A stretch of 64,000 bases of DNA from an uncultured delta proteobacterium. GTDB taxonomy: Bacteria; Desulfobacterota; Desulfomonilia; UBA1062. Both the position numbers and the translations under genes were made by a program. The stretch lies in assembly GCA_963785235.1 (NCBI GenBank), contig CAWAUM010000012.1:32001-96000 (forward strand), written 5' to 3'. Below, piece by piece: positions 36,935 to 47,900 of this stretch. Under the pieces are notes generated by a model. It did no database searches and had not been told where the DNA came from. It was given only the letters and a program-made list of their open reading frames with translations. Every line of letters begins with the position of its first letter. Within the stretch, counting starts at the first letter, position 1.

Positions 36935-38697
36935 TTTTTCAGTGCCTCTTTTTTCTGCACGGTCTTCACCTCGAACTGGGTGAACGAATTGATCGATACA
37001 TACTGGGCCATAAAGCGTTCCAGAACCGACGCGAACAAATACAGGCCGGCACCCACGAATTTGTCCTCGTCGAGCGTGATGGTGACATGCATGCCCCGGC
37101 AGAACGACCTGCCCATGCGGCGCGTCACATGCTCTGATGCCACCGAGACAATGCCTGAGATCTGCTGGGAGGTGGACGGTGTGTTCTCGAAGTCATAGAG
37201 TCTCAGCAGCTCCTGCAGCGCCCCTTCCCCTCCTTCAACCAGGGAGAGGTAGTTCAGGCTCAGATGCGAGATGAGCCGCCACTGGAGCGCCCCTTTCAGG
37301 CCCGGCCTGCGGGTGGGTGTGGGTTTGATGAGGCAGTTGATCCTGCTTATGGGCCCGGCGGTGTCCAGGCTGAAATCGCCTGCCGGGTCGCCGAAGGGCA
37401 GCCGGGAGGGGAGGTCTCGGTTGGTGCATACGCTGTATACCGTGAACACCTCGACGCCAGGGTCTGTCGGGTTGAAGTCAGGGTCTGCAAAACTCAAGAA
37501 CACCTCGGTGCCGCTGTCGCCTTTTCTGCCTGAGAGACGCCTTTTCATATGCCAGAAAGACGCGTCTTTCGCCTCGTCTTCCAGGTGATGGCGGATGGAA
37601 TAGAACGGCCTGATCTCAAAGGTTTTGCCGGGCTGCGACGGCAAGGTTGATACCACCTTCTCGATGTAGTAGACCTCGCACGCCTCCTGCCTGCGCATGT
37701 CCGGGATGACCCGGTACTCGCTCAGGCGGCGCTCCACCCTGATGGGCTCGGCCACCTTCCTGAACAGGTTCACGGCCGGTGCGGCATTGAGACAGAAGGT
37801 GTCGGCATTGACCACAAGCCCCTGCTTGGGACTCCGGTCCAGGTAGATCCAGATATCAAGGGTATCGCTGCCCGAGAGGTCCTTTATCTTGTCAAACCCT
37901 GCTATGTCGAAGAACAGGAACTTCTCCGGGAAGCAGAAGTACTCGAACAAGGTGAGATAGCCGGGGAACGACCTGGGAGATGCCGGGATAATCACCTCAT
38001 CCGGATCGAAACCCACCGGCAGGATGGATTCGCGCGGCAAGGAAACTATGCGGGGTTTTCCGTCCTTTCCGGAAAACTCCAGCTCAACGAGCGTGGCGTT
38101 GTTGCACAGCAGCTCATAGAGCAGGAACATGTGCTGGTGTGATCCGTTCAGGTAGAAGCGCAGGCTCTCGAAGCCCAGCTGCGAAAGACCCAGGCTGTTG
38201 AAGGTCTTCAGCTGCAACCACACGGCATGCTGGGCGCCTTCCCTGGGCCTTTTGGGGTCCTTGAGCCCTGCAGAGGTGACCTCCAGGGGCCAGATGGTGA
38301 CAGGGTACGCCGTGGAGAACTGGCATGCCGTTCCGCCCACAGGCTTGGAATAGAGCTGGGTCCCCTTCTCGATCCGGTAGCCCGAAGGCGCTATGGTCTG
38401 CCTGACTGGCTCGAACTTCACCACGGTCATGGAAGGTATGGGGCTGATGTAGTGCGGGTAGATGATATTGAACAGCGACTCGGTGATCTCCGGGAAGTCA
38501 TCGTCGATCTTGTGGTGTATCCGCCCGCTCAGAAGGGCAAAGGCCTCGATGAGCCGTTCGGTGTGCGGGTCCTCGCACTTGTCCGCCTCCAGCAGGAGCC
38601 GTCCCGCGATCTTGGGATACTTCTTGGCGAACTCGGCGCCCATTTCCCGGATAAAGGTCAGCTCGCGTTCATAGTATTGGAGAAGGGTGTCGTCCAT
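36898..38697 (-). CDS. tssF: T6SS baseplate subunit TssF
   Basis: LLQYYERELTF, DPHTERLIEAFA, EYFCFPEKF, WRLISHLSLNYL. Confidence 0.97.
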   Translation of the reverse strand: MDDTLLQYYERELTFIREMGAEFAKKYPKIAGRLLLEADKCEDPHTERLIEAFALLSGRIHHKIDDDFPEITESLFNIIYPHYISPIPSMTVVKFEPVRQTIAPSGYRIEKGTQLYSKPVGGTACQFSTAYPVTIWPLEVTSAGLKDPKRPREGAQHAVWLQLKTFNSLGLSQLGFESLRFYLNGSHQHMFLLYELLCNNATLVELEFSGKDGKPRIVSLPRESILPVGFDPDEVIIPASPRSFPGYLTLFEYFCFPEKFLFFDIAGFDKIKDLSGSDTLDIWIYLDRSPKQGLVVNADTFCLNAAPAVNLFRKVAEPIRVERRLSEYRVIPDMRRQEACEVYYIEKVVSTLPSQPGKTFEIRPFYSIRHHLEDEAKDASFWHMKRRLSGRKGDSGTEVFLSFADPDFNPTDPGVEVFTVYSVCTNRDLPSRLPFGDPAGDFSLDTAGPISRINCLIKPTPTRRPGLKGALQWRLISHLSLNYLSLVEGGEGALQELLRLYDFENTPSTSQQISGIVSVASEHVTRRMGRSFCRGMHVTITLDEDKFVGAGLYLFASVLERFMAQYVSINSFTQFEVKTVQKKEALKKWPPRNGKRILI

Positions 38698-38706
38698 TTA
38701 TCATTC

Positions 38707-39174
38707 CTATTTTGAAATCATATACTCGCTCCGGTTGATGTCGAAGAAGGTATCGAACTGCACCGGTTCCTTCTCGGGTTCGATGACGAGCATGGCATTG
38801 ATCCTGAACCTGAGGCTGTGGCTCTTCTGGTCGGGCTCCAGCTGCACCTTGACGTTTTTCAGCCTGGGCTCGAACCGGGCGATTGATTTCTCGATGTCCT
38901 GCCGCAGGAGCTTGCGTACGGACGCACTCCTGGGGTTGAGCGAGGTGTAGTCCTTAATGCCATAGATGAGAACCGAGCGGTTGAGTTCGGAGAACTCCGC
39001 ATCAGGGGGGTCGGCAAGACGCCGTGTATTGAGGAGGTTCTCCAGATCCCGGATCACGCGGGCCTTGATCTGCCGCATGTCCAGGAGGCGGAACTGGACA
39101 GGCTCGAAAGAAACCTCAGGCTCGTTGTCTATAAGCCTGTCCAGGATGGATGCCTGAAGATTCTCGTGGTCCAA
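38707..39174 (-). CDS. tssE: T6SS baseplate subunit TssE (gp25-like)
   Basis: SILDRL, RDLENLLNTR, IARFEPRL. Confidence 0.95.
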   Translation of the reverse strand: MDHENLQASILDRLIDNEPEVSFEPVQFRLLDMRQIKARVIRDLENLLNTRRLADPPDAEFSELNRSVLIYGIKDYTSLNPRSASVRKLLRQDIEKSIARFEPRLKNVKVQLEPDQKSHSLRFRINAMLVIEPEKEPVQFDTFFDINRSEYMISK

Positions 39175-39244
39175 TGTGTCCTTGGGTAAGCGATTAAGCT
39201 TTAAGCTGTTACACTCTTTGAGGCCATGGCAAATAAATAAAATC

Positions 39245-39314
39245 TGTCACCCCCGCGAAAGCGGGGGTCCAGAACGTACTATAATCCTGGATTCCCGCTT
39301 CCGCGGGAATGACA
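39245..39314. repeat. REP-like double palindrome, copy 1
   Basis: TGTCACCCCCGCGAAAGCGGGGGTCCAG...CTGGATTCCCGCTTCCGCGGGAATGACA. Confidence 0.85.
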
Positions 39315-39375
39315 TCCACTGAGTTATGCAATCAGCTTCCTTTATATGCCAATGAGCTCTTTTGCTTAACGGCTA

Positions 39376-39873
39376 TCAGGCGCCCTTGTTGGTGGTAAGG
39401 TCCCAGTTGGACTTCACATCACCTGAGGTCTTGCCGGTTTTGGGATCGGTTGCCGTATAGGTCCATTCGATCTTGCCGTAGCTGAAAGACACCTCTTCCA
39501 ATGGCAGCGTCTCACCGCCCTGGGATGATCCGCCCGGCCTTGCCGAGGTGATAATGGCATCCGAGAGCTTGTATTCCATGTACTTGATCTTGTCTCCGCC
39601 GGCCCTGCAGAGCTCGAGCTTGACTTCCTTGATATGGGTCCCGTTGCAGCAGGCCAGGGCAATCTTGGGTGAAGACTTGTCCAGGGCCTTCACGATGGAG
39701 AAATCCGAGTGGTTGCAGCGCTCGGCCGACCTTCCGCCTCCCGTGCTCGCAGACCCGGATGAAGCCTGGGACACCCCATGGCTGTACGAGAGGACCTCGA
39801 TCCAGTCCTTGTGCTTGTCATCGGAACTCTCGCCGGGTATGCCGTCCAACTTTATAAATGCATCAAAAGCCAT
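39376..39873 (-). CDS. tssD: T6SS tube protein Hcp
   Basis: GIPGESSDDKHKDWIEVLSYS, DKSSPK, EEVSFSYGKIEW. Confidence 0.97.
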   Translation of the reverse strand: MAFDAFIKLDGIPGESSDDKHKDWIEVLSYSHGVSQASSGSASTGGGRSAERCNHSDFSIVKALDKSSPKIALACCNGTHIKEVKLELCRAGGDKIKYMEYKLSDAIITSARPGGSSQGGETLPLEEVSFSYGKIEWTYTATDPKTGKTSGDVKSNWDLTTNKGA

Positions 39874-39971
39874 ATATTCCTCCCTCCTTTTCCCTATGGT
39901 ATTGGTTATCTAAATTCCTTATGTTCATATCCCTTTTCCCCATGAAAAACCTTTAAAGGCCTATGCGTCCC

Positions 39972-41463
39972 TTATCCCTTAGCCGGGGGCGGGAGATCCG
40001 CCACGAGCCGCAGCGACACGGAGAGTTCGTCGAGCTGGTAATGCGGTTTGAGGAAGGCAACCGCCCGGTAGCAGCCCGGTTTGCCGGGTATCTCGGCCAC
40101 ATCCACCCGAGCCTCTCGCAAGGGATAGCTGGCCTTGATCTCCTGGCCGGCGCTGTCATCCAGCAGGACATACTTGCTGATCCACCGGTTCAGGAAGTCC
40201 TCGGCCTCCTTTCGGGTCATGAAGCTGCCGATCTTGTCGCGCATGATGGACTTCAGGTAGTGGGCGAACCGTGAGATCGCCAGGATGTACTGAAGTTGTG
40301 AGCTGAGCCTGGCATTGGCATTGGCCGCATCCGTGTCATAGGTCTTGGCCTTGTTGCTGGTCTGGGTGCTGAAAAAGGCCGCGTAGTCGGTGCCCTTGCA
40401 GTGCACGAGCGGGATGAAGCCCAGGTCGGCCAGCTCCTTTTCGCGCCGGTCGGTGATGGCGATCTCGGTGGGGCACTTGAGCGCCACGTCTCCCTCGTCG
40501 GTCTTGAAGGTGTGGACCGGCAGCCCCTGCACCAGGCCGCCTCCTTCGACGCCCCTGATGGCCGCAGTCCAGTGGTACTTGGCGAACGCATCGGTGAGCC
40601 GTGAGCCCAGGGCGTAGGCCGCATTGCCCCAGAGGTACTTGTCGTGCTCGGTGCCGTGTGACGTCCTCTTCGAAGTTGAAGTTCTCCACCGGGACATTGG
40701 CTGCCCGTAGGGCAGCCTGGAGAGTACATGCGGCAGGGCCAGCGCCACGTAGCGGGAATCTTCCGAATCACGGAAAGACTTCCACTTGGCATAGTCCACG
40801 CTCTGGAAGATCTTGGCCAGGTCTCTGGGCTGACCCAGTTCGGTATAGGTGTCCAGGTTGAACATCTTGGGAGATGCCGCTGAAATGAACGGCGCATGGG
40901 AAGCGGCAGCCACCTGGGAGATCTTCTCCAAGAAGCGAGAGGTCCTGGGGATGGTTGCCGAACTCATAGTCGCCGATCAGGGCCCCATAAGAGGCGCCGC
41001 CGAACATGCCGAACTCCTCTTCATAGATCTTCTTGAACAGGGTCGACTGGTCGAACTCCGTGGCCTTCTCCATGTCTTTCAGGAGCTCGTTCTTGGTGGT
41101 GTTCATGACCCTGATCTTGAGCTTCTCACCCGTCTCGCTCTGGCTCACCAGGTAGAACAGCCCCCGCCACGATGCCTCGAGTTTCTGGAAGTCGTCGTGA
41201 TGCATCACTTCGTTGAGCTGGTCGGAAAGGAGCTTGTCGATCTGGGCGATCCGGGCGTTGATCATGGCCTCGGTGTCCTTGGACACGGTCATGGCCCCTT
41301 CCATTACCTGGCTCACGAACTCGCTGATGAGGTCCTTGGCGCGTGAGCGCTGGCTCTCGTCCCGGGCCATGCGTCCCTGATCGATGATCTGGTCCAGAAG
41401 GCTCTTCTCTTCTGCGACCGCTTCGGTTTTTGCCTGTTCTTTTTGCTGATCCTTCTCAGCCAT
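39972..41463 (-). CDS. tssC: T6SS sheath large subunit, frameshifted
   Basis: FQKLEASWRGL, HAPFISAA, YLWGNAAY, PTEIAITDRRE, YPLREA, PHYQL over ORFs 40768-41463 and 39972-40967. Confidence 0.95.
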
Positions 41464-41478
41464 AAACCTCCCCCCTCC

Positions 41479-42002
41479 TTACTCTTTCTTGTCTTCAGGC
41501 TTTGCCACTCCGGCCTCTTCCCCGAGCTTTTTCAGGGAATCGGTGCTGGAGATGACATCCTGCAGGAGCTCTTCGAGCTTTTCGTTCCCATCGAGCTTGG
41601 TCAGAAGGTCCGAGAGCCTCTTGCGGGCCTCAACGAGCTTTCTAGCGGCGGGACCTGCTCGGCCACGCGCTCGGGATGGAAATCGTCCATGGACTTGAAC
41701 CGCAGGTCAACGGCTATCTGGGACCCGTCATTCGTGAGCTTGTTGTCCACACGATAGGCCACCCTGGGTTTCATCCCCTCGAGCACCTTGTTGAAATTGT
41801 CCCTGTCTATCTCGACGAATTTCCTGTCCTTCAGCTTTGGAAGCGGCTCGTCCGGCTTGCCGGAAAAGTCTCCCAGTACCCCGACCACGAACGGGATCTC
41901 CTTCATCTCGATGGAGTCGCCGATCTCCACGTCATAGGTGATCTGGACCCTGGGGGCCCTCACCCTGTCGAGGGTATGCTGCAAACTCTCCTTTTTGGCC
42001 AT
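41479..42002 (-). CDS. tssB: T6SS sheath small subunit, frameshift near 41640
   Basis: RAPRVQITYDVE, PFVVGVLGDFSG, DDFHPE; continues KLVEARKRLSDLL...KKE* in a shifted frame. Confidence 0.95.
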
Positions 42003-42005
42003 GTG

Positions 42006-43385
42006 TTACCCTCCTTTCTTATATGCAAGCGCCTTGGTTATATCCAAAGAACAAAGCTTTGGAAAAAGTTCATTCTCTGCTTTTAAACGGTCGTCTTCCG
42101 ATGCACTAGGCGATGTAAGACACTGGTAATATGCCTCGATCACCTCTGCAATCCACAAAGGCGATTCCCACTTCTCCAGATGGATCTCGTTAATGAGTGC
42201 ATAGAGCTCTTCCACAATGGGCCGGGCAATGTCCGGCCGCTCGGCCATGAGCGCGAGCTTTGCCATCATGAGCCGGTACCGGTTCTTCTGCCTGGGAGAC
42301 GTCGCACTGCCCGAGGCGGAGAGTAACTGGGTGAGCGCAGGATTGATGCCCGATGATGTCAGGGTATCCTGGGCAGTCTGCCATACGGCATCCTCAAAGG
42401 ATGCCTGGTCGGTGTACTGTACCGCCGGGGCAACGAACTGCCTGACCTCTGTGGGAGGCTGCTGGACGCTTTGGGATGCCATCTGCTCCTCCTGCTTGGC
42501 TTTAGGTGCCTTTCCTTTCTTGGGCTTTTCAGGCTCGGGGGCGGCCTCGGGTTGGGCCTGGGGCGCAGGGGCCGGTATTTCGCGGCCACCCCTGTCCTTC
42601 AGAATCGTACCCACAACACGCTGGCAGTCCTCACAGGTCTTCTGAAGGTCGGATAGCCTTGGCGCATCGCGGCCGAACTTCTCGTCCACCACGGCATCGA
42701 GCCTGCCGTAGGCTGCAATGCATGCATCTATGTCATCTGCGAGCTTCAGGTAGAAGTCCTTGGATGACTGGCTTGCCGCCGTGTCAAAGGTCTCGGCCGG
42801 GATCCTGCCCTCGGCAATGTGCTCCTGGCGGACGCGCATCTTGTTCTCATCCGTGTCGCCCCACTGGTTCTTGGTGTCTTTCTCATAGCCCACCTGGCGG
42901 GATTCCTGCCACCTGTTCCAGGAAAAGCCCTCTGATGCCTTCTCGTCCGTCAGGGGTATCTCCCGGATGGAGTGCGATACCTTGTCGTTGAGGAACTCCA
43001 GCGGGCCTGAGCGGTATTCCAGGTCGCCGTCTTCGGCCAAGGGGTAGACATGGTCCCAGAAATCGCGGATGAAACTATCCAGGATGATAAGGCCTGCGTT
43101 CAGACCCGCAAAACCCTGTTTTCTGATGAGCCCCTCTGTGAGCCAGACCGCGATCTGGATGTCCTTGGTCCTGCCGCTCAATGCCTCACTTGCAACATCG
43201 ATGACGGTCCCCCAGTCGGACCGCTTGACCTCGCGCTGCCAGTCACCCTGGTTGAGCGTATCGTCGGCGCGTCTGGCCTCCTTGATGCGCTCATAGACGT
43301 CCGTGTAGCGGACGTCCTCGCCTGCCGGGTTATCCCCGGGTATGGGTGCCAGGATGGCATTGATGTCGAACTTAACCTTGCCCAT
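42006..43385 (-). CDS. tssA: T6SS protein TssA (ImpA_N domain)
   Basis: ILAPIPGDNPAGEDVRY, TKDIQIAVWL, FWDHVYP, LEKWESP. Confidence 0.93.
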   Translation of the reverse strand: MGKVKFDINAILAPIPGDNPAGEDVRYTDVYERIKEARRADDTLNQGDWQREVKRSDWGTVIDVASEALSGRTKDIQIAVWLTEGLIRKQGFAGLNAGLIILDSFIRDFWDHVYPLAEDGDLEYRSGPLEFLNDKVSHSIREIPLTDEKASEGFSWNRWQESRQVGYEKDTKNQWGDTDENKMRVRQEHIAEGRIPAETFDTAASQSSKDFYLKLADDIDACIAAYGRLDAVVDEKFGRDAPRLSDLQKTCEDCQRVVGTILKDRGGREIPAPAPQAQPEAAPEPEKPKKGKAPKAKQEEQMASQSVQQPPTEVRQFVAPAVQYTDQASFEDAVWQTAQDTLTSSGINPALTQLLSASGSATSPRQKNRYRLMMAKLALMAERPDIARPIVEELYALINEIHLEKWESPLWIAEVIEAYYQCLTSPSASEDDRLKAENELFPKLCSLDITKALAYKKGG

Positions 43386-43387
43386 TC

Positions 43388-44185
43388 TCACGAACCTGCA
43401 AGTTCAAAATTAACTGAGCGGATTTCGAGGATGGAAACATCCGTATCGCCTATGGCGTACACGTGCTGACCCAGGCCTTTTGACAGGCCGCCGCCCATGG
43501 GCGCCCAGTCCGTGAGCCTACCGAGCTTCAGCTGGTCATCTTGCACCTCAGATGTCCCGGGGTAGATCACGGGCATGGAGCAGTTCATGGACAGCCCCTC
43601 CCAGGTGGTGATGCTCGCGGTGACCCATATGAGATCGAACGAGTCTTTGGGCTCATGGACGATGAACTCCCGTATGGCCTCAAAGGGTATCCACACATAG
43701 CGCTCGTGTACAAAGACCTCCAGGAAGGCGAAGAGCCGGGCATCGGTGTCGCTGAAACCCCCGAAGGGTTTTCCGTTGAAAGTGCCCAAGACTGCCGGCC
43801 GTGCCTCTTCTACAAGGGCGAGCTTGGCCCTGGCGTCATGGAATTTACCCGATCTCAGGGCATCAAGATAATCCAGATAATCCGGGAAGTAGTTAGGCGG
43901 CTCCGGCATGACCGAGGGCAGCTGCGAGCCCTGCATAACCTTGATCCTTTCCTGCTCCGCCTTCACGTTGTTCAGATAGGCATGGACCCCGATGGCGCGC
44001 TGCGGGTCCTGGGTGGAGATCATATCGAGATGGCGCAGGGCCTTATCCCACTCGCCGAGTAGCGATAGCACCTGGAACAGGACTGTCCTGGCGCCCACAT
44101 CCGAGGGTTTCGATTTTACCTCCTCGATCAAGACCATGCGGGCTTCGGAAAGACGGCCTGCCTTCATGAGTTCTTTTGCCGTCAT
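43388..44185 (-). CDS. tagJ: T6SS accessory protein TagJ (ImpE)
   Basis: VKSKPSD...LFQVLSLLGEWDKA, DTDAR, YVWIPF, LGRLTDW, GLGQH. Confidence 0.92.
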   Translation of the reverse strand: MTAKELMKAGRLSEARMVLIEEVKSKPSDVGARTVLFQVLSLLGEWDKALRHLDMISTQDPQRAIGVHAYLNNVKAEQERIKVMQGSQLPSVMPEPPNYFPDYLDYLDALRSGKFHDARAKLALVEEARPAVLGTFNGKPFGGFSDTDARLFAFLEVFVHERYVWIPFEAIREFIVHEPKDSFDLIWVTASITTWEGLSMNCSMPVIYPGTSEVQDDQLKLGRLTDWAPMGGGLSKGLGQHVYAIGDTDVSILEIRSVNFELAGS

Positions 44186-44305
44186 AGCAAGTAACCTCTC
44201 AGTTTCTCTATCATAATCGTTTCAGGAAAGATACTAGTGAGTGATATGCATAAAGCCCTCGGTTCAAGGGAAAGGGCATTTTCATTTCCATCCACCGGCC
44301 ATCCA

Positions 44306-44990
44306 TCACCTGTTTCCCATGGTCCACAGGCGGTAAAAATCCGAATCGTTCAGAAACCTTGTAAATGCAACAAGGTAAGACTGCTCCGGCAGACCCCCGA
44401 TGAATACCGCATCAGGAACCGGGAGCGAGCGGGTCTTTATGCTCTTCAGCCCCTGCACGATTTCACTGCTGTGGTCCCCTGCGCCCTTGAGCCCCATGGA
44501 GAACATCCCCTCATGAGCATCAAACAAAGATCCATCGCCTTCAGGCGCTTCCGATCGGCTGCCATTCCTTTGTAAAAACCGGCGAGGGAAGACGGCCGAC
44601 ATCCGCCTTGAGCTCTTCCAGGTCGAACACCCTCCTGGTGCTGAGGAACTCGAGGCGCTCCCAGAGCCCGCCTACTATCTCGGGAAGATACACCCAGTGC
44701 TTCTCCCATCCTTCAAGCCTCCCGGTCCCCACGATCAGGAGCGGGAAGGGTCTGCCCGCACCATCGAAGCTGTCGCGAAGCAAGCCGCAGACAAGCTCCC
44801 CGGGCTGGGTTCCCCTGGCAAAAAATCTCCAGGAGTGCAGGTTCATGCCCACCGGAACCTTGGAATACCCCTCTTCGACCCACCCGTAAAGGGCGCCTGC
44901 CGAGAGCGTCTCGGGTCCGAACCTGATGTAATCCTTCACCACAGGGTGCTTGCCCCATGCGGCCCAGGTCCATGCGGCAGAAGTGTTCAC
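44306..44990 (-). CDS. tagF: T6SS regulator TagF, frameshift near 44550-44600
   Basis: GTG overlaps the tssM stop; WGKHPVVKDY, WRFF, SFDGAGRPFPL; C-terminus in ORF 44306-44602. Confidence 0.8.
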
Positions 44991-47900
44991 TGGGCCGGGC
45001 ACTTCACGATCTTGTTGGGGACTGCCGTGGGCTGGCTCATGGTCGGTTTGGCCTGGTTGATGACCGCCTGGTGCCCACTGAACCGGTACTGGACCTTGAT
45101 ATACCTTATCCCCATGCCTTTGAGCTGTGCCGCCTCCTTGGGGAATTCGTCCGGCGAGAAGGTACGCGTGCCGCTGCCGAACTCCATGAGAAACTTGGCA
45201 AAGGCCTCGGGGCCTGAATAACTTTTCATGAGGGAGAGGTTGCCCACCTCGATGGAGAAGATGACGCCTCCGCACCGCTGGCTTGACCATGTGAGCACCT
45301 TTGACACGGGATAGTTCATGTTCACGATGCTCTGCTGGGAGTCCATGCACTGGAGCAGGAGTTTTGTGGCATGGGGCTGCACCCTGGCATTGTCATTGGA
45401 CTCGGTGGGAAGCCCGTTCACGGTCACGGCATTATCCGATGCTGCGGCAGCCATGGCCGTGACCGCCAGACCCACCTTTGCCCTTGAGAAGAAGCCGAGG
45501 AATGCCTGTTCGAAAGGCAGGGCCCTGCCGAAGACCTCCTTGGGGTAATAGCCCCGCTTCAGATCCCTGCCCACAAAGGGAGCCCCCGGGCCCTTGATGA
45601 ATTTGGTGGCCAGACCCTCGGGGCTGAAGAGGATCTGGTTCAGCTGCGCCGCATCGGAGATCCCCTGGATGTCCACCAGGACCTCCTTTTCCCACAGGGC
45701 CTGGAGATGGCACGCGCTTTCCTGGCAAGCATACGCAAAGAGGAAATCAAAAGGCCCGTATGCGAGCTTCCACAAGCCTTCACTCGCCGTGGCGCTCTCG
45801 GCATTCAGACGCCTGACTGCACTCTGGGCAGCCATGAAGGGTGATGCCGCCGGGTCATCGCCGAATGCCACGGATGCCCCCTGGAATGCCGCCGAGCGTG
45901 ATTTGCCCACCGATGCGGCGATTTTACCGAGTGCGCCCTGATAGTCATTGAGTGCCCTGGCTGCATTGTACCCTTGTGTTGCTGCATCCACGGCCTTTTC
46001 CTTGCCGATCTTCTCCTGGATCTTTTCCTTGAGCTTCGTTGCCGTCTCCGCAGCCTTTGCCATGGCGCCGGTCTGCAGCTGAGTTGCAACGGTCTGAGTC
46101 CTTTCGAACTCATAGACGAACTTCATCCAGTCGGGCATGGTCTCTGAGCTGAACGGCTTCAGCTCGTCGGCCATGCGTTTCAGCACGAGGAAGTACAGGC
46201 CGGAAGATGATGCGGCCTTTGCACAGAGCGTGCGCCATTCCTGGCTGCCACCCAGACGCTCCATGCCGCGTCCGAAGTTCAGGCCGAAGGCATGCCACGC
46301 CTCACAATAGGCGCTTCGGTACCAGGTGACAAACTCCGCCTTGCGCGTCGCGATGGAGGCCGGGTTGGTCAACGCGCTCTCGAGATCCAGCAGGAAGCTG
46401 TCTATCTGGCCCTTTCCCTTCAACGTGAAGGCGGGTTCCACCCTGATGTTCTCGGCCGCATTGATACTGCCCCCCCAGAAACCCTTGAGCGTGACTGCCG
46501 CCTCCGGGGAACTGGAATTGATCCACAGCGCAATCCACGCTAAATTCTGGGCCTTGTCTATAGCCTGCCCGAGAAGGTCTTCCAGGTAGGCGTTCTCCTT
46601 TTTCAGGTTCTCCACATTGTCTTCCCACAGGAGCCGGTACGAGTAGAGCTGCATGAAGGTCTTGGCGCCTTCAGGGCTCTGGCCCGCAGAACTCAGCACG
46701 ACCATGGGCCGCGTCATCAATGCGCTCAGGTCTTCCCCGGTCAGGCGCGCCTTTAGAAGGTTGATGCGGTGCACGAGATAAACGATGTATTCACCGATCC
46801 TTTGGTCGGAGGGCGCAATGCCCTTGATGTCAACGGTGAGCTGGCGATCGTAGAGGGCCAGGAACCGCTCATCGAAGAGCGTGCAGTAGTTCCTTTTCAG
46901 CCTTGCCTCGGCATCCCTGCTCTGGGAAAGTCCCAGCCTGGGTATCCACCACGATTCGTTCCTGTCGTGGACCTTGAGCACTGCGGATTTGTACCTGTTC
47001 ATGGTGTCAAGATCCGCGCCCATGTCGCCCGCCAGCACAATCGGCCTGGTGAACTCCGTCGGGAATCCCCTCATGATCCCGAGGTTCTTCACAAACGAGA
47101 AGCTCAGCATACCGCACAGCGCAATGCCAACGGCTACCCATGCAAGAAGTCCGAGATTGACCGTGAGCCTGTCCCAGGCCAGTGCCCGCCTGGTGGGCGC
47201 GAACAGGCTGCGCTCTCTGGGAAGGATTTTGGCAAAGAAATCGTGGAGGAACAGCCCCTTGCTCGTACCCGGGAGCACCTCGCGGTCTTCGATAAGGCCA
47301 AGGGCCTGCAGGAAATGCGAATACGGGGTGCCCTCCTGGCGGCCGCTGCTGAAAAAGATGCCGCGAAGCATGGGGGTTTCCTGGTATGGGTTCGCCTGGA
47401 AGGCCCCCTTCATGAAGGCCTCGCACCCGGTCTTCAGCCGTGAAAATTCTTCAGGAAACAGGAGCAGGGCCGGATCGAGGGTTCTGGTCTCGAGCCTGTG
47501 GAATATGACCAGGCGCAGCTTGGTAAGGCGCTCGGCAATGGTATGGAGCGCCCTGGCGATAAAACCCGGATAGTCTTGGGACAGATCGTGGTTGATGGCC
47601 CCGAAGGCCTGCTGGAGGACCTCGTCATCGAGCTGGCCGCAGAACTCGGTCATGCCCTGGACGAGATCGCACTTTGTCACCAGTACATAGACCGGGAACT
47701 TGCTGCCCAGCACCCGCATGAGCTCGTCGATTCTGCGCCTGATCTGCCGTCCGTCCTCTTCGATAGCCTCTACGCCTGCCTGCAGGAGCCGGTCTGCCGC
47801 AACAGCCACCACCAGTCCGTTGAGCGGCTCCTTTTTCCGGTATTTCGCCAGCAGGTTCAGGAACTTCTGCCACTCATCCCTGTCGCGGCCCTCATCTACG

